Positions 49,806-62,323 of a stretch of DNA of 64,000 nt are shown in pieces. A program made the position numbers and the translations under genes. Position 1 is the first letter of the stretch, and each line of letters begins with the position of its first letter. A model generated the notes under the pieces. The model was given only the letters and a program-made list of their open reading frames with translations, had not been told where the DNA came from and did no database searches. This DNA is from Squalus acanthias (taxonomy: Eukaryota). The stretch covers positions 165,170,001 through 165,234,000 of the forward strand of contig CM059425.1 in assembly GCA_030390025.1 (NCBI GenBank), given 5' to 3'.

Positions 49806-52388
49806 AGTGCCTAATCGAAAGATGTGGTGCTCTTTCTTGAGCTTACATTGAGCTTCATTGGAGTGTAGGCGGCCAAAGACAGAGCTCAGACTGGGAGTGG
49901 AGTGGAGAATTAAAGTGACATGCGACCGGAAGCTCGGGGTCACGCTTGCAGACTAAACGGAGGTGTTCCATAAAGCGATCACCCAATCTGCGTTTGGTCT
50001 CCTCAATGTAGAGGAGACCCAATTGTGAGCAGTGAATACAGTGTACTAAATTGAAAGAAGTACAAGTAAATCGCTGTTTCACCTGAAAGGAATGTTTGGG
50101 GCACTGGGCAGTGGGAAGGGAGGAAGTAAAAGGGCAGGTGTTCCATCTCCTGCGCTTGCATGGGAAAGTGCTATGGGAAGGGAAGGGGTTGCTGGGGGTG
50201 ATTGAGGAGTGGACCAGGGTGTCGTGGAGGAAAAGGTCCTTTCGGAATGCTGAAAGGGGTGGGGAGGGGAAGATGTGTTTGGTGGTGGAATCACGTTGGA
50301 GGTGGCGGAAATGGCGGAGGATGATCCGTTGATTGTGGAGGCTGGTGGGGTGAAAGGACAAGGAGAACCCTATTGTGGTTCTGGGAGGGAGGGGAAGGGG
50401 TGAGAGCAGAAGTGCGGGAAATGGAACAGACACGGTCGAGAGACCTGTCAACCACAGTGGAGGGGAATCCTTGGTTGAGGAAAAAGAAAGACATATTGGA
50501 AGCACTGGTATGGAAGGAGGCATCGTGAGAACAGATGAGACGGAGAAACTGGGGGAATGGAATAGAGTCCTTACAGGAAGCAGGGTGGGATGAAGTGTAG
50601 TCAAGGTAGTTGTGAGAGTCAGTGGGCTTGTAGTGAATATTGGTTGATAGTCTATCCCCAGAAATGGAGGCAGAGATGTTAAGGAAGGGAAGGGAAGAGT
50701 CAGAGAAGGCGGGAGAAAGGTGGAAATTGGAAGCAAAGTGAATGAAATTTTCCAGTTCAGGGCGAGAGCAGGAAACGGCACTGATACAGTCATCAATGTA
50801 CCAGAAAAAGAGGTGAGGGAGGGGACCTGAGTAGGACTGGAACAAAGAATGTTCCACATATCCCACGAAAAAGCAGGCATAGCTAGGACCCATGCGGGTT
50901 CCCATAGCAATGCCTTTTATTTGGAGGAAGTGAGTGGAGTCAAAAGAGAAGTTGTTCAATATGAGAACATGTTCAGCCAGGCGGAGGAGGGTGGTGGTGG
51001 ATGGGGATTGGTTGGGCCGCTATTCAAGAAAGAAGTGGAGCACCCTCAGGCTGTCCTGGTGGGGGATAGAGGTGTATAGGGATTGGACGTCCATGGTGAA
51101 AAGGAGACGGTTAGGTCCAGGAAACTGGAAACTGTTAAAGTGGCAGAGGGCGCTGGAAGAGTTGCGGTTGTAGGTGGGACGAAACTGGATAAGGGGAGAA
51201 AAAAAGAGTCAAGATAGGAAGAAATCAGCAGGAAGAACAGGCTGAAATGATGGGTCTACCAGGGCATTCCTGTTTGTAGATCTTGGGAAGCAGGTAGAAG
51301 TGGGCAGTGCAGGGTTGGGGGACTATGAGGTTGGAGGCCGTGGAGGGAAGATCTCCAGAGGAACGAGGTCAGTGACAGTCTTGGAAATGATGGCTTGATG
51401 TTCGGTAGTGGGGTCATGTTCCAGGAGGAGGTAGGAGGAGGTGTCAGAGAGTTGGCGTGCAGCCTCCACACGGTAGAGGTCGATTTGCCAAACAACAGTA
51501 CCACCCTTTTCAGCAGGTTTGATGACGTTGTTAGGGTTGGATCTGAGAGAACAGAGTGCTGCAAGTTCAGAGGGAGGTTGTTAAAGTGAGTGAGGGAAGC
51601 AGAGAAATTGAGATGACCAATGTCACACCGGCAGTTCCCAATGAAAAGATCTAGAGAGGGTAAGAGGCCAGAGGGAGGGGTCCAGGTAGACCGAGAATTC
51701 TGAAGACAGGAGAAAGGGTCCACTGTGCGAGGGAAAGACTCCTGGCCAAAGAAGTGGAGGTGAAGGCGATTGAAGAAGAGCTCAGCATCGTGCCGAGCTT
51801 GAAATTCATTGAGGTGGGGGCATAAGGGGATGAAGCTAAGGCCTTTGCTGAGGACTGATCGTTCGGGGTCAGAAAGGGGAAGGTCAGAGGGGATAGTGAA
51901 AACATGGCAAGGGGTGAGATGGGAAGAAGGGATGGGGTCAGAGGGAAGTGAAGGGGGAGAAGGTTCTGGAGGGGCGTTGGTATCCAAGAGTTGTTGAAGC
52001 TTGCGATCCTTGACACCTGAAAGGAAGAAAAAATGTTTTTTGTTAAAGCGCTGGATGAGGCGAAGGATGAAATGGAACTCCGGAGCAGGACAGCTTTGAG
52101 ATAGAGTGAGTCGGTGCTGCTGAAGAGATAGGTCGAGAGCATGCATGTGGCGGCACATGGCGTGGAGCATGGATCTCAGGATGCGGCGAGAGCAGTGGTT
52201 CAAGGAACGTTGAATATCTTGGAGATATCTGTAATCATGGGTAGATCTGAAACATGAAGGGTGGAATTTCAGTTGGAATCCACGTGGAATAAGTTGGAGC
52301 CGTAGACAGTCACTGAGGGAAGAGATGTGGTTGTGAAAGCGAATTTTGGTGGATACCTGATCAAACACAAGAACTGAAACAGAAAGCA
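49806..52388 (-). mobile_element. Penelope-like element: RT + GIY-YIG endonuclease, frameshifted
   Basis: SVLSKGLSFIP, NNFSFDSTHFLQIKGIAMGTRMGPSYA, YIDD, YKPTDSHNYL and the GIY-YIG-like NLVHCIHCSQLGLLYIEETKRRLGDRFMEH. Confidence 0.92.
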
Positions 52389-53687
52389 ATAAGAACATAA
52401 GAAATAGGAGCAGGAGTAGGCTATTTGGCCCTTTGAGCCTGCTCCACCATTCGATAAGATCATGGCTGAACTTCTACCTCATCTCCACTTTCCTGCACTA
52501 TCCCCATATCCCTTGATTCCCTTAATATTCAAAAATCTATCGATCTCTGTCTTGAATATACTCAACGACTGAGCCTCCACAGCCCTCTGGGGTAGAGAAT
52601 TCCAAAGATTCACCACCCTCTGAGTGAAGAAATTTCTCCTCATCTCAGTCCTAAATGGTCGACCCCTTATTCTGAGACTGTGACCCCTGGTTCTAGACTC
52701 CCCAGCCAGGGGAAACATCCTCCCTGCATCTACCCTGTCAAGCCCTGTAAGAATTTTGTATGTTTCAATGAGATCACCTCTCATTCTTCTAAATTCGAGA
52801 GAATATAGGCCTAGTCTACTCAACCCCTTCTCATAGGACAATCCCCCCCATCCCAGGAACCAGTCTGGTGAACCTTCGTTGCACTCCCTCTATGGCAAGT
52901 ATATCCTTCCTTAGGTAAGGAGACCAAAACTGTACATAATACTCCAGGTGTGGTCTCACCAGGGCCCTATATAATTGCAGTAAGACGTCTTTACTCTCAT
53001 ACTCAAATCCTCTTGTAATAAAGGCCAACATACCATTTGCTTTCCTAATTGCTTGTTATACCTGCATGTTAACTTTCAGTGATTCGTGTACAAGGACACC
53101 CAGGTCCCTCTGAACACCAACATTTCCCAATCTCTCATCATTTAAAAAATACTCTGATTTTCTATTTTTCTGACCAAAGTGGATAACTTCACATTTCTCC
53201 ACATTATATTCCATTTGCCATGTTCTTGTCCACTCACTTAGCCTGTCTATATCCCCTTGAAGCCAACTTGCATCCTCCTCACAACTTACATTCCCACCCA
53301 TTTGTATCATCAGCAAACTTGTATATATTACATTTGGTCCCCTCATCCAAATCATTGATGTAGATTGTGAATAGCTGAGGCCCAAGCACTGATCCTTGCA
53401 GTACCCCACTAGTTACAGCCTGCCAACCCAAAAATGACCCGTTTATTCCTACTCTCTGTTTTCTGTCCATTAACCAATCCTCAATCCATGCCAGTATATT
53501 ACCTCCAATCCCATGAGCCCTAATTTTGTTTAATAACCCTTATCGAATGCCTTCTTAAAATCCAAATACACCACATCCACTGGTTCCCCCTTATTTATTC
53601 TGCTAGTTACAACCTCAAAAAACTCTTAACAGATTTGTCAAACATGATTTCCCTTTCATAAATCTGTGTTGAATCTGCCCAATCCTA

Positions 53688-54123
53688 TTAGAAACATAGA
53701 AACATAGAATCTAGGAGCAGGAGTAGGCCATTCGGCCCGTCGAGCCTGCTCCGCCATTCAATACGATCATGGCTGATCATCCAAATCCAGTACCCTGTCC
53801 CTGCTTTAATCCCCACAGTACACATATCCCACCCTACCCCCGTAACCCCACGTATTTAATTCCCCCTAACATATCCCATCCTATCCCCATAACCCCACAT
53901 ATTTAATCCCCCCTAACACTAAGGGTCAATTTATCATAGCCAAATCAACCTAACCCACACATTTTTGGACTGTGGGAGGAAACCGGAGCACCCGGAGGAA
54001 ACCCACGCAGACACGGGGAGAATGTGCAAACTCCACACAGACAGTCACCCGAGGTCAGATTCGAACCCGGGTCTCTGGCGCTGTGAGGCACCAGTGCTAA
54101 CCACTATGCCACCGTGTTGCCCC
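53688..54123 (-). mobile_element. V-SINE (HE1-like) with CR1-derived 3' tail, inserted in CR1
   Basis: tRNA-like head (TTCGAACCCGG), V-domain-like GGAGGAAACCGGAGCACCCGGAGGAAACCCACGCAGACAC, and a tail like the CR1 3'UTR; approximate TATTA TSD. Confidence 0.85.
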
Positions 54124-54819
54124 TTATTATTATTTTCTAAGTGCCCTGTTACCACATCCTTAATAATAGATTCTAGCATTTTTCCTACTACTGATGTCAG
54201 GCTAACTGGTCTAAAGTTCCCTGTTTTCTTTCCGGTTTAAGTGGTACTGGTACCAGTGCCCCATGAACCGAAACCCCTTCCTCCCACACTACTCTTTGAG
54301 CCACGCATTTAAACCTCTAATCTGTTTGTCCCTATGCCAATTTGCACGTAACTCAGGTAACAATCCAGAAATTATTACCTTTGAGGTTCTGCTTTTTCAT
54401 TTGGATCCTAGCTCCTCAAACTCCCTCCGCAGAACCTCATTCCTAGTTCTACCTATGTCATTGGTTCCTACATGGACCACGACAACTGGATCCTCCCCCT
54501 CCCACTCCAATTTCTTCTCCAGCTGTGAGGACATGTCTTTAACCCTGGCACCGGGCAGACAACACAACCTTCGGAACTCTCGGTCACAACTGCAGAGAAC
54601 AGTATCTATCCCCATGACTATACTGTCCCCTACCACAACTACATTCCCTTTCACTCCCCCCACTTGAATGGCCTCCTGCACCATGGTGCCATGGTCAGCC
54701 TGCTCATCCATCCTACAGGCTTTTCCTTCATCCACACTGGTAGAAAGAACCTCATACCTGTTGGACAAGAGTGAGAAGTCGCAGAACACCAGGTTATAGT
54801 CCAACAGTTTTATTTGAAA

Positions 54820-54857
54820 TCACAAGCTTTCGGAGCTGCTGCCCCTTCGTCAGGTGA
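54820..54857 (-). ncRNA. Minimal hammerhead ribozyme motif (family 2) within a ~100-bp insert in CR1 ORF1
   Basis: TCAC-CTGACGA-A-GGGGC-AGCA-GCTCC-GAAAGCTT-GTGA; the insert spans ~54770-54870. Confidence 0.72.
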
Positions 54858-55458
54858 AGTGAAGGAATACGGCAAAGGCTGAGGCTCCTCCAGCACTGCA
54901 CCTGGGGTCCCCTTACCTGCCTGAGTTGCAGTCACACCCTCTTGTCCCTGATCACTAACCGGACCTGTACCACTACCTAACCTAAGGGGTGCGACTGCCT
55001 CTTGGATCAAAGTGTCCAGGTAACTCTCCCAATCCCTGATGCCCCACAATGTCTGCACCTCAGACTCCAGCTCAAAAATTCTGAGCTGAAGTTCCTCAAG
55101 ATGCAGGCACTTACTGCAAACGTGGTTGTCCGGGATCACAATGCTCTCCACAAACCCCCACATGCTGCAGTTGCGGCACACCACCTGCACTGCCATCCCT
55201 ATATGACCTTGTTTTATTTAATTCAATTTAATTAAATTTGTAATTAGGTAACTTAGTTTACAGTGTAGTTTCCTGACTACTTACTTGATCTAGATTAAGT
55301 TACAGGTACTGAAATTAAATATCTACCTGTAACACAAAGCACTACAAGTAGTGTAGGCAAAAAGCAACAACTCCTTCCCTCTCTTCTCCAAATTCCCACT
55401 CTTTCCAAATTCCCAACCAAAGTACTCTGTTCAAGTCCACACCGTTTAATCCCACTCT

Positions 55459-56018
55459 GTGCAGACCGAACAAGGAAAAAGAGAGGAACGGAAATCCCAT
55501 CGGAGAGAAGAGCAGAACTTCTTCAAGGTGGGCATTCCTGGAAGAGAAGTGGCAGTGTTTTTTTCTGTGAAGAGAGAAACAGAGTTAATGTTTCAGGTCA
55601 ATGACCTTTCGTCAGAACTGAAAAAGGTTACAGATATAACAGGTTTTAAGCAAACCCAGAGGCAAGGAAAGGGGGAGGGAGGAAAGAACAAAAGGGAAGG
55701 TCTGTGATAGGGTGGAAGGCAGGAGAGATTAAAAGAAAAAATGGATGATGTTGCGAGGCAAAAGGAGATGGTAATGGGACTAGTAAAGGAACAAAGGATG
55801 GGTCTAGAAGAGGTGTAACTGGGAATAGGAGAATCATCAACAGCTGCCATCTGAAAAAATTGGGTCAGAGATTATGATATGAAATTGTTGAACTCAATGT
55901 TGAATCCGGAAGGCCTAATCGAAAGATGAGGTGCTGTTCCTCGAGCTTACGTGAGCTTCATTGGAACAGTGTAGGAGGCCGAAGACAGAGAGGTCAGAGT
56001 GGGAGCGGAGAATTAAAG
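55459..56018 (-). mobile_element. Penelope 5' region plus upstream tandem 3'-end copy (pLTR-like) with hammerhead motif
   Basis: 55912-56018 is a direct repeat of 49808-49917; hammerhead core at ~55582-55620. Confidence 0.75.
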
Positions 56019-56019
56019 T

Positions 56020-57337
56020 CTAATGCATTAGTGTGCCACCGACTGCAAGATCCCGCAAATGTCTCTGGAGGAGCCCTGGAAGGATCCAGAAGCAAAAAGG
56101 TTGAGGGTGGTGGTGACTTTGACAGCCACTGGTAAAGCATGGCCACCAGGTTCAGCAGGTCTTGTTCCAGAAGGCTGCAGCTGCCTGCCACCACCTGACG
56201 TGACACCCTGAGACACTGGTGTTCCGATGTGTTGAGGAAGCTTGTTCTCTGCCTGTAGACCGGGTAGGGCCTCCTGCGAGCTTCACCTCTCTGCTGTTCC
56301 CCCCTTCTCCTGTGCAGCTGCAGGTCTGTGAGCAGCAGATTGTTGCTGGTGCAGCTCCTGGTGCTTTTTTAAAAATTCGTTCATGGGATGTGGGCGTCAC
56401 TGGCAAGGTCCCTAATTGCCCTTGAGAGGGTGGCGAAGGTCCGGGTGGTCTGTCCGGTTTTATTCTTTACTTCTTTGTAGCAGTTTGGTACAACTGAGTG
56501 GCTTGCTAGGCCATTTCAGAGGGCAGTTAAGAGTCAACCTGCAATCACATATAGGCCAGACCAGGTAAGGACAGCAGATTTCCTTCCCGATAGGGCATTA
56601 GTGAACCAGATGGGTTTTTATGACTATCTGGTAGTTTCATGGTTTTATTCCAGATTTATTTAATTGAATTTAAATTCCCCAGCTGCCATGGTGGGATTTA
56701 AACTCATGTCTCTCGGATCATTAGTCCAGGTCCTCTGGATTACTAGTCCAGTAACATAACCACTATGCTACCTTTCTCCTGCTGCTGCTCCTGATGCTGC
56801 TGGTGGTCATCTTGCTCCTCATCTGAGGTCCAAAGTAACACAGTGTAAGCAGCACCCATGCTGATCTGATAGATCAGAGCTCCAAAGTGCAGATCAGACC
56901 TCCGAAACTCTAAAGTGTGTAAAGTAACCTCTCAGCACAAGTACTGTGAACAAACCCTTTCACCCAAGCAGGTAAGAAAGCAGCTGTGAATACTCAGTAC
57001 ATTTTGACATATTTCCCTGTCATGGCTACATCCCCTCAATTGCCGCTTTTTTCTCACCTGGTTTTCACTCGAAAGTTCCAGGAAGCCTGGGAAACCCGTG
57101 GAATGAAAGTTAAACTCCAAAACCCACGTTAATATCAGTGTAATTGACCTATTAACATATTGAAATTGATAACCCACCTCTCCCGAGGGGGTTGCTCGCA
57201 CGCAACCTAACTCACTGCAGTTAAATGCGGAAGTCGGTGGGTTGGAGCCGGCTTCCCGACACGCTGGCATTTTTCCCGGATTTCATCCCCTACCTGCACC
57301 CAAACCCACGCCCTCACCCATGTTAAAATTCCCCCCA
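56020..57337 (-). pseudogene. Decayed Harbinger end with transposase N-terminal remnant, split by a SINE (56370-56771)
   Basis: ALPVAVKVTTTLNLFASGSFQG...ICGILQSVAH; TIR-like TTAAAATTCCCCCC at ~57330. Confidence 0.7.
56370..56771 (-). mobile_element. tRNA-derived SINE with LINE-X-type 3' tail
   Basis: 56375-56435 matches the LINE-X 3'UTR (27535-27610); tRNA-like head at 56690-56771. Confidence 0.6.
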
Positions 57338-58275
57338 GCATTTCAGGTCGATGACTGAAACCTGAAACGTTAACTCTATTTCTGTCTCCACAGATGCTGC
57401 CTGACCTGCTGAGTATTTCCAGCATTTTCTGTTTTTATTTATTATTAATAGGAATGTTATACTGTGTAACACAAGATGTATTATTATATCATAGAGGCTC
57501 TCTCACAAAGAGGCAGGTCTGGGTGGGATCAGGGCTTGGCCTAATAAAATGGCTGCAAGGACAGGGAGAAGACCCAGGCAAAGATACTGCAAGAACAGAG
57601 AGGCCACAGCAAGGCAAAGGCCAGAATGGGATCTGGGAAGAGACAGGGGGTAGGCCTAAAGAAACAGCTACAGGGGCCAGGAAGGAAGTGAAGCAAAGAT
57701 CCGGGAAGTTTTTGGGAGTGGGGTCAGGTACCAGGGCATTTCTTTAGCTGGGGAATGTCCATGGGGATTTGGCAGACATGGGAACATGAGAAAGCCAGGA
57801 ATATAGTAGGGATGGCATTTCAAATGCAACAGGCCAAAAAGCAGAGCAGAGCTGCAAGTGCAGAGCCAGGAGATACCTGTGCAGGTAGTGGGGCAGAGAA
57901 AACTTGGGCTAGCATTTAAAATTAAAGAGGGTCAGGAACAGTGCAGAGCTATTTCCCCATTTCCACCCCATAAATTTCATTTTAACGTCCCTTAAAAGCT
58001 TACCACAGTCTTCATTTATAGCAGCGCTTAAACTGGAAATGTTTAGTAATTGTAATACAAAAAATATTTTCTGTATATATTTCTTGAAATGGAAGGTGAA
58101 TTTGTTAATTAATCTCTATTTATTAGCTTCTGTAAGAGATCTTTTATGGAGCACATTAAGATTACCTTTGACTTTCTTGATCCATTCTTATTTCATATCT
58201 TATCTCGAGATTAATGCTTTCTGTTTTGACTTTTTTCTTCTTTGTGTGTTGTGTCAAAACACATTATAACACTTT

Positions 58276-59172
58276 GGGGTAAAAATTCAGTTGGTTGCGC
58301 CTCCCGTTAGCGCCTTAAGAGGGCGCTAATGGGGCGCAAAGCCGCTAACGCCCGGGCGCAGCGATGTTTGCGCCGCTCGGGAACTTAACTAGAGATTGTG
58401 CGACGGCGCTAAACTTTACCGCTGCGACCACCTGCGCGTGCAGATTGTGACGTCATTCCATGGTGCAACGCCCTTGTGGCGCCCCGGAGCGGAAATTGAG
58501 TGGCGCCCCCTGTCTTACCGCCTGGCGCATCCAACGACCAGAAGACTGGAATGCTATCAATCGCTGTGGGGCTGGGGGGGGCGCTATTTAAAGGGGGCCT
58601 CTTCCTGTCTTTTATTGTTGGTGGCATTTTTGAACTACGCATTCTGAGAGAGAGAGAGAGAGAGAGACTTCTGGAGAGATTCAACGTTGTGTGAAGGAGT
58701 TTTGGGTACTGAGCAGCACTTTGCAGGTTCATTTTGATTTGCCATTCCTTGTATCGATTTAGCAGAGACTGTGGGAGCTGCACTCTGAGCTCTTTGCCTG
58801 GTACTCTCCATTGTTCTTTCCAGCACATTTGATGTGCAAGTCTCTCCAGGCCGAGATTCAAGGCTGCAATGAACAGGATGTGGATGGAAAGCAAGATTAA
58901 CCATCCCCTTTAAGAACTGGCCCGTGCCATTGTGTGTGTGTTCCATTGCTGACTGACATTACATGAGCTTCGCCAGCGCTCTGAGTTAGCGCCTCACTCC
59001 TTGGCCTTTGCGCCTTAAGACAGGTGTGCAGCGCCTGATTTAGCGCTCCACTCACCTCCCGGGGCGGTAAAAGTGAAGTTTCCAGTCAGTGCCGATAATT
59101 AGCGCCAGGTGCTAATATTTGCGTCCAGACGATATTTGCGCCCCAAATGGGGCGCGACCTAATTTTTCCCCC
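58276..59172. mobile_element. Non-autonomous Harbinger (897 bp), second copy
   Basis: TIRs GGGGTAAAAATT / AATTTTTCCCCC and TTT TSD; near-identical to 14706-15598. Confidence 0.93.
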
Positions 59173-60588
59173 TTTAACTCTGGTAAATAAAGAAAATGAT
59201 GATAAACTACATCTGAACTGTGCATAAAACAAATAAACTTGAAATGCAGCCTATTCGGTATGAAAGGGGGTTCTTCATGTTGAGATTATTGTAATATTGA
59301 CAAATTATGATACAGTACCTTATTTTGTTCTTTCCTCTGAACAAAGCATTTATTTTGAAAAGGAACATGTACCAAAAGAGAGGGAAAGTAAAACGATAAA
59401 TTATTGTACAGCAGGACACACCCCAGTTTACTTTTGATAAAGAAATATCTGTAATGTTAAGCCATCCTTGCCTCAGGTCAAAGTCCACCTCCTCACTTCA
59501 AGAGGCAGAATGCTTGAAGTCAGTGTTGGAAATTACTTTGCAGCAGGAGACAAAATTGTTTGTCCAACTATTATTCACACTTAAAACAACTGAACATTTA
59601 TTTATCTTTGTTCATATTAAGTAATTAATCATTCAATTTGCTAGCTATGAAAGTTAGAATTTCCTTTTGGACTATGGTGCAAATCTGGTTTATAGCAACT
59701 TGGCAGAAGAAATATGTCTGTGCCCCTTGCCCCATCTCTAGTTTTAAAAAGCAAAAATTGCAGATATTAAAATAGGTTTCTACTGGCCCTCAGTAAAGAT
59801 GTGAGCATGAACATAGAGTGGGTGATCTACGTTAACACAAAGTATTCTGAGGCAAGGTCTCAACCTGAAACATTGGCTCGGATTTTGCGGTGGGTATGAC
59901 AGCGTACTCGGAGAGTACGTCATCATACCGCCTTTGAAATATACCGCAAGTTCGGAAGCGCATGCACTAAATCCCGAACTTGCGATCTGTCAAGGTATGC
60001 CTTGACAGATCATTCACACCACCTTGGAAATCACAATTGCTGGCGCAGAGTTGGGCTATTTGCCCACCAACTGCCCAGCAATTATGTCCAAAAATGTTAG
60101 GAATACACCTGAAGATTTGCTTTGCTAAAAGGTTCGTAGTGATTGTTGAACCGCATTTTTCACAACCATTTGTTTTCTCTTAAATACTATACATATGTCG
60201 ACACCTATAACAAAGAATTAAAATCTCAGTATTTTAGAAGCAAGTTCACTTTGTCTCAGCAATCTGTTTACAGAGAATCCAGGTGCTCAGTACAGTGATC
60301 AGAAGTAACTAGAAACTGTAAGGAGCCGAGTTGTTAGATCTCTGTGTTTGGTTTAATACTTCTCCTTAATCACGGCCCAAGCTAGGAGACATATTGACCA
60401 TCAACTGTATCATTAAACTACTGACGGGGCAAGAAAGAGAATACGAACATAAAACTGGGCTTTTTTTAAATTTAACTCAGATGCTGAACAAACATGACCT
60501 TTCAACTTTGGTTATCTTCTACCTTTATTCTTTGCAATGTTTAGTATTTTTAGTTTACAATTGCTTGGTAGAAATCTTATAAAGTGCA

Positions 60589-62323
60589 GGGCCGCAATTT
60601 CGCCTATCAAGATGGGTCCGGTGTGGCCGGGGTCGGTGGCGGGGTGCAACCCTGCTGCTGGCTCCAGCCCGCTCGGTGAAAAGATTTTACGCTGATTGGG
60701 CTTGTTAAGCCTGCCCAGCGCGTTTCCCGGCCAATTGAAGGAAGTGGGTCTGCTGACGAAACTTGATGACACGTCATCAGCAGGTTTCCTTAAAGGGACC
60801 ATGCGCAAATTTATTTTGACAGTTATGCTGTCAGTGTTCTACAGCATTGAGGTGCTGCAAGCACTGCACAGAGGTGCATGGCTGCACCCAGGCTTTCCCA
60901 TGACTCCCTCCATGTGTTTATGGAGGGAGTCACAGCACGCAGGGAGGTTCTCTTCCCTTCCAATGGGCGGAAGAGACCTCCCCAGGAGACTAACGTAGCC
61001 TGGTTGCACATTGCACAGGAGGGCACAAGCAGGGATGTCGTCAGGAGGACCAGGCTGCAGTGGTGCAAACCTTTCAATGATCTCAGTAGATCACGAAACA
61101 TTACTGCAAAGCCACACTCAACCTCATCCTGCTGTGCCTCTCATCACATCCCCATCACTCTGCCTTCCCTACCGTACTCCGCACATCCTTCCTCACACCA
61201 ACTTACCTTGCACCGCCACCCATCCCTTTATTTACATTATCCCTTCCCCATCTCACTAGCCACCCCTCACACTCACCCTCATCCTAGTCCAAACACACAA
61301 GGGTAGGCACTTGGGAGTTTGAGCCAATGTTCATGTGAAGTTTCTGTTAATGTGCTGTCAAACATTGAAATCTTTATTTTCAACACTTTGCGTTCTTGGA
61401 CAGATTTGTGTGCACCTTTGGAAGTGGCTTAGTGAGTTGCAGTGAACGGTGAGACATAACGGTACCTCCAGCAATGGTGATGAGTGTGAAAGGAATGGCT
61501 TGGGCATTGTAGGGATGCTTTATGTTGTTGGTGTGGGGTGGTGCCAACCTGACACATCATGTGGCAGCCATATGGGTGTATAGCGTCAAGTGAAGTAAAT
61601 CTGGCCATGGTGAGGCCATGACTGGCCTCCTGGGCAGAAATGTGGTCGGGTGCTGAAGCCTTGTGTCCTGTGCAGCATCAGTTGATTGCGGAGAAGGTTG
61701 GTGTTGTTGTTGGTGCTGCTGGTGTGCCTGGTGATGCTGGTGTTGGGGCTGATTGTGGGGGGATTCTGAGGACCAAGGTGAGATTTTTTCAAGGGCACTG
61801 ATGCTGATGGAATAGATGGCAGGTGAGGTTGAGATGACAGAAGCGATCTGTCAATGGTGAGAAAGGTTGTTCCAATGAGATGACACTGGATAGAGAGTTT
61901 GCTCCAAACACTTGCAGGCTGCATAAAGCTCAATCTGTCTTCCAAATGCAGTAAGCAACAGCTTCTAACCTTGGAAAGTGAAGACCTATGAAATGGGAGC
62001 TTTTATAGAACATTTGCAGCTGTCAAGTAAAGAAATCCTCCCATGCTGACACAACACCCGACTTCCTTACCTGACGTGATCCCCGAGCAGTGGGGAAGCC
62101 ATTGGCGAACTCTAAAAATCTAAAGGTAAGCTTAAAATACTAGTTAATTGCCTCTTAACAATCTCTCTAATGATCTAAATTGCCTCCCCCGCCGCTTGGT
62201 TTCGGGTCTTTTCAGCGATGACAGGCCCGACATCTGGGAGACTGGCATGGAGGCGGGTTGACAGCGGGTTCACAACTGACCCGCCACTAAACGTGCCCAC
62301 TGGCGCCCTGAAAAATACCCACC
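60589..62323 (+). mobile_element. Decayed Harbinger derivative with Myb/SANT remnant (60878-61100)
   Basis: MAAPRLSHDSLHVFMEGVTARREVLFP...AWLHIAQ...QWCKPFNDL; TIR-like GGGCCGCAATTTC start. Confidence 0.7.

Larger units (their letters stand above)
52389..55458 (-). mobile_element. CR1 LINE with ORF1 (zinc finger/leucine zipper + SGNH esterase) and an internal deletion, inserted into the Penelope element
   Basis: ORF1 MAVQVVCRNCSMW...CSKC, VVVVGDSIV, LPGARVKD, VHVGTNDIG; RT fragments at 52479-54230; tail at 52389. Confidence 0.88.

Noticed and set aside
54055..54123. tRNA gene (also ~30140-30205, 56690-56771)
   Set aside because: These are tRNA-derived SINE heads attached to SINE bodies.
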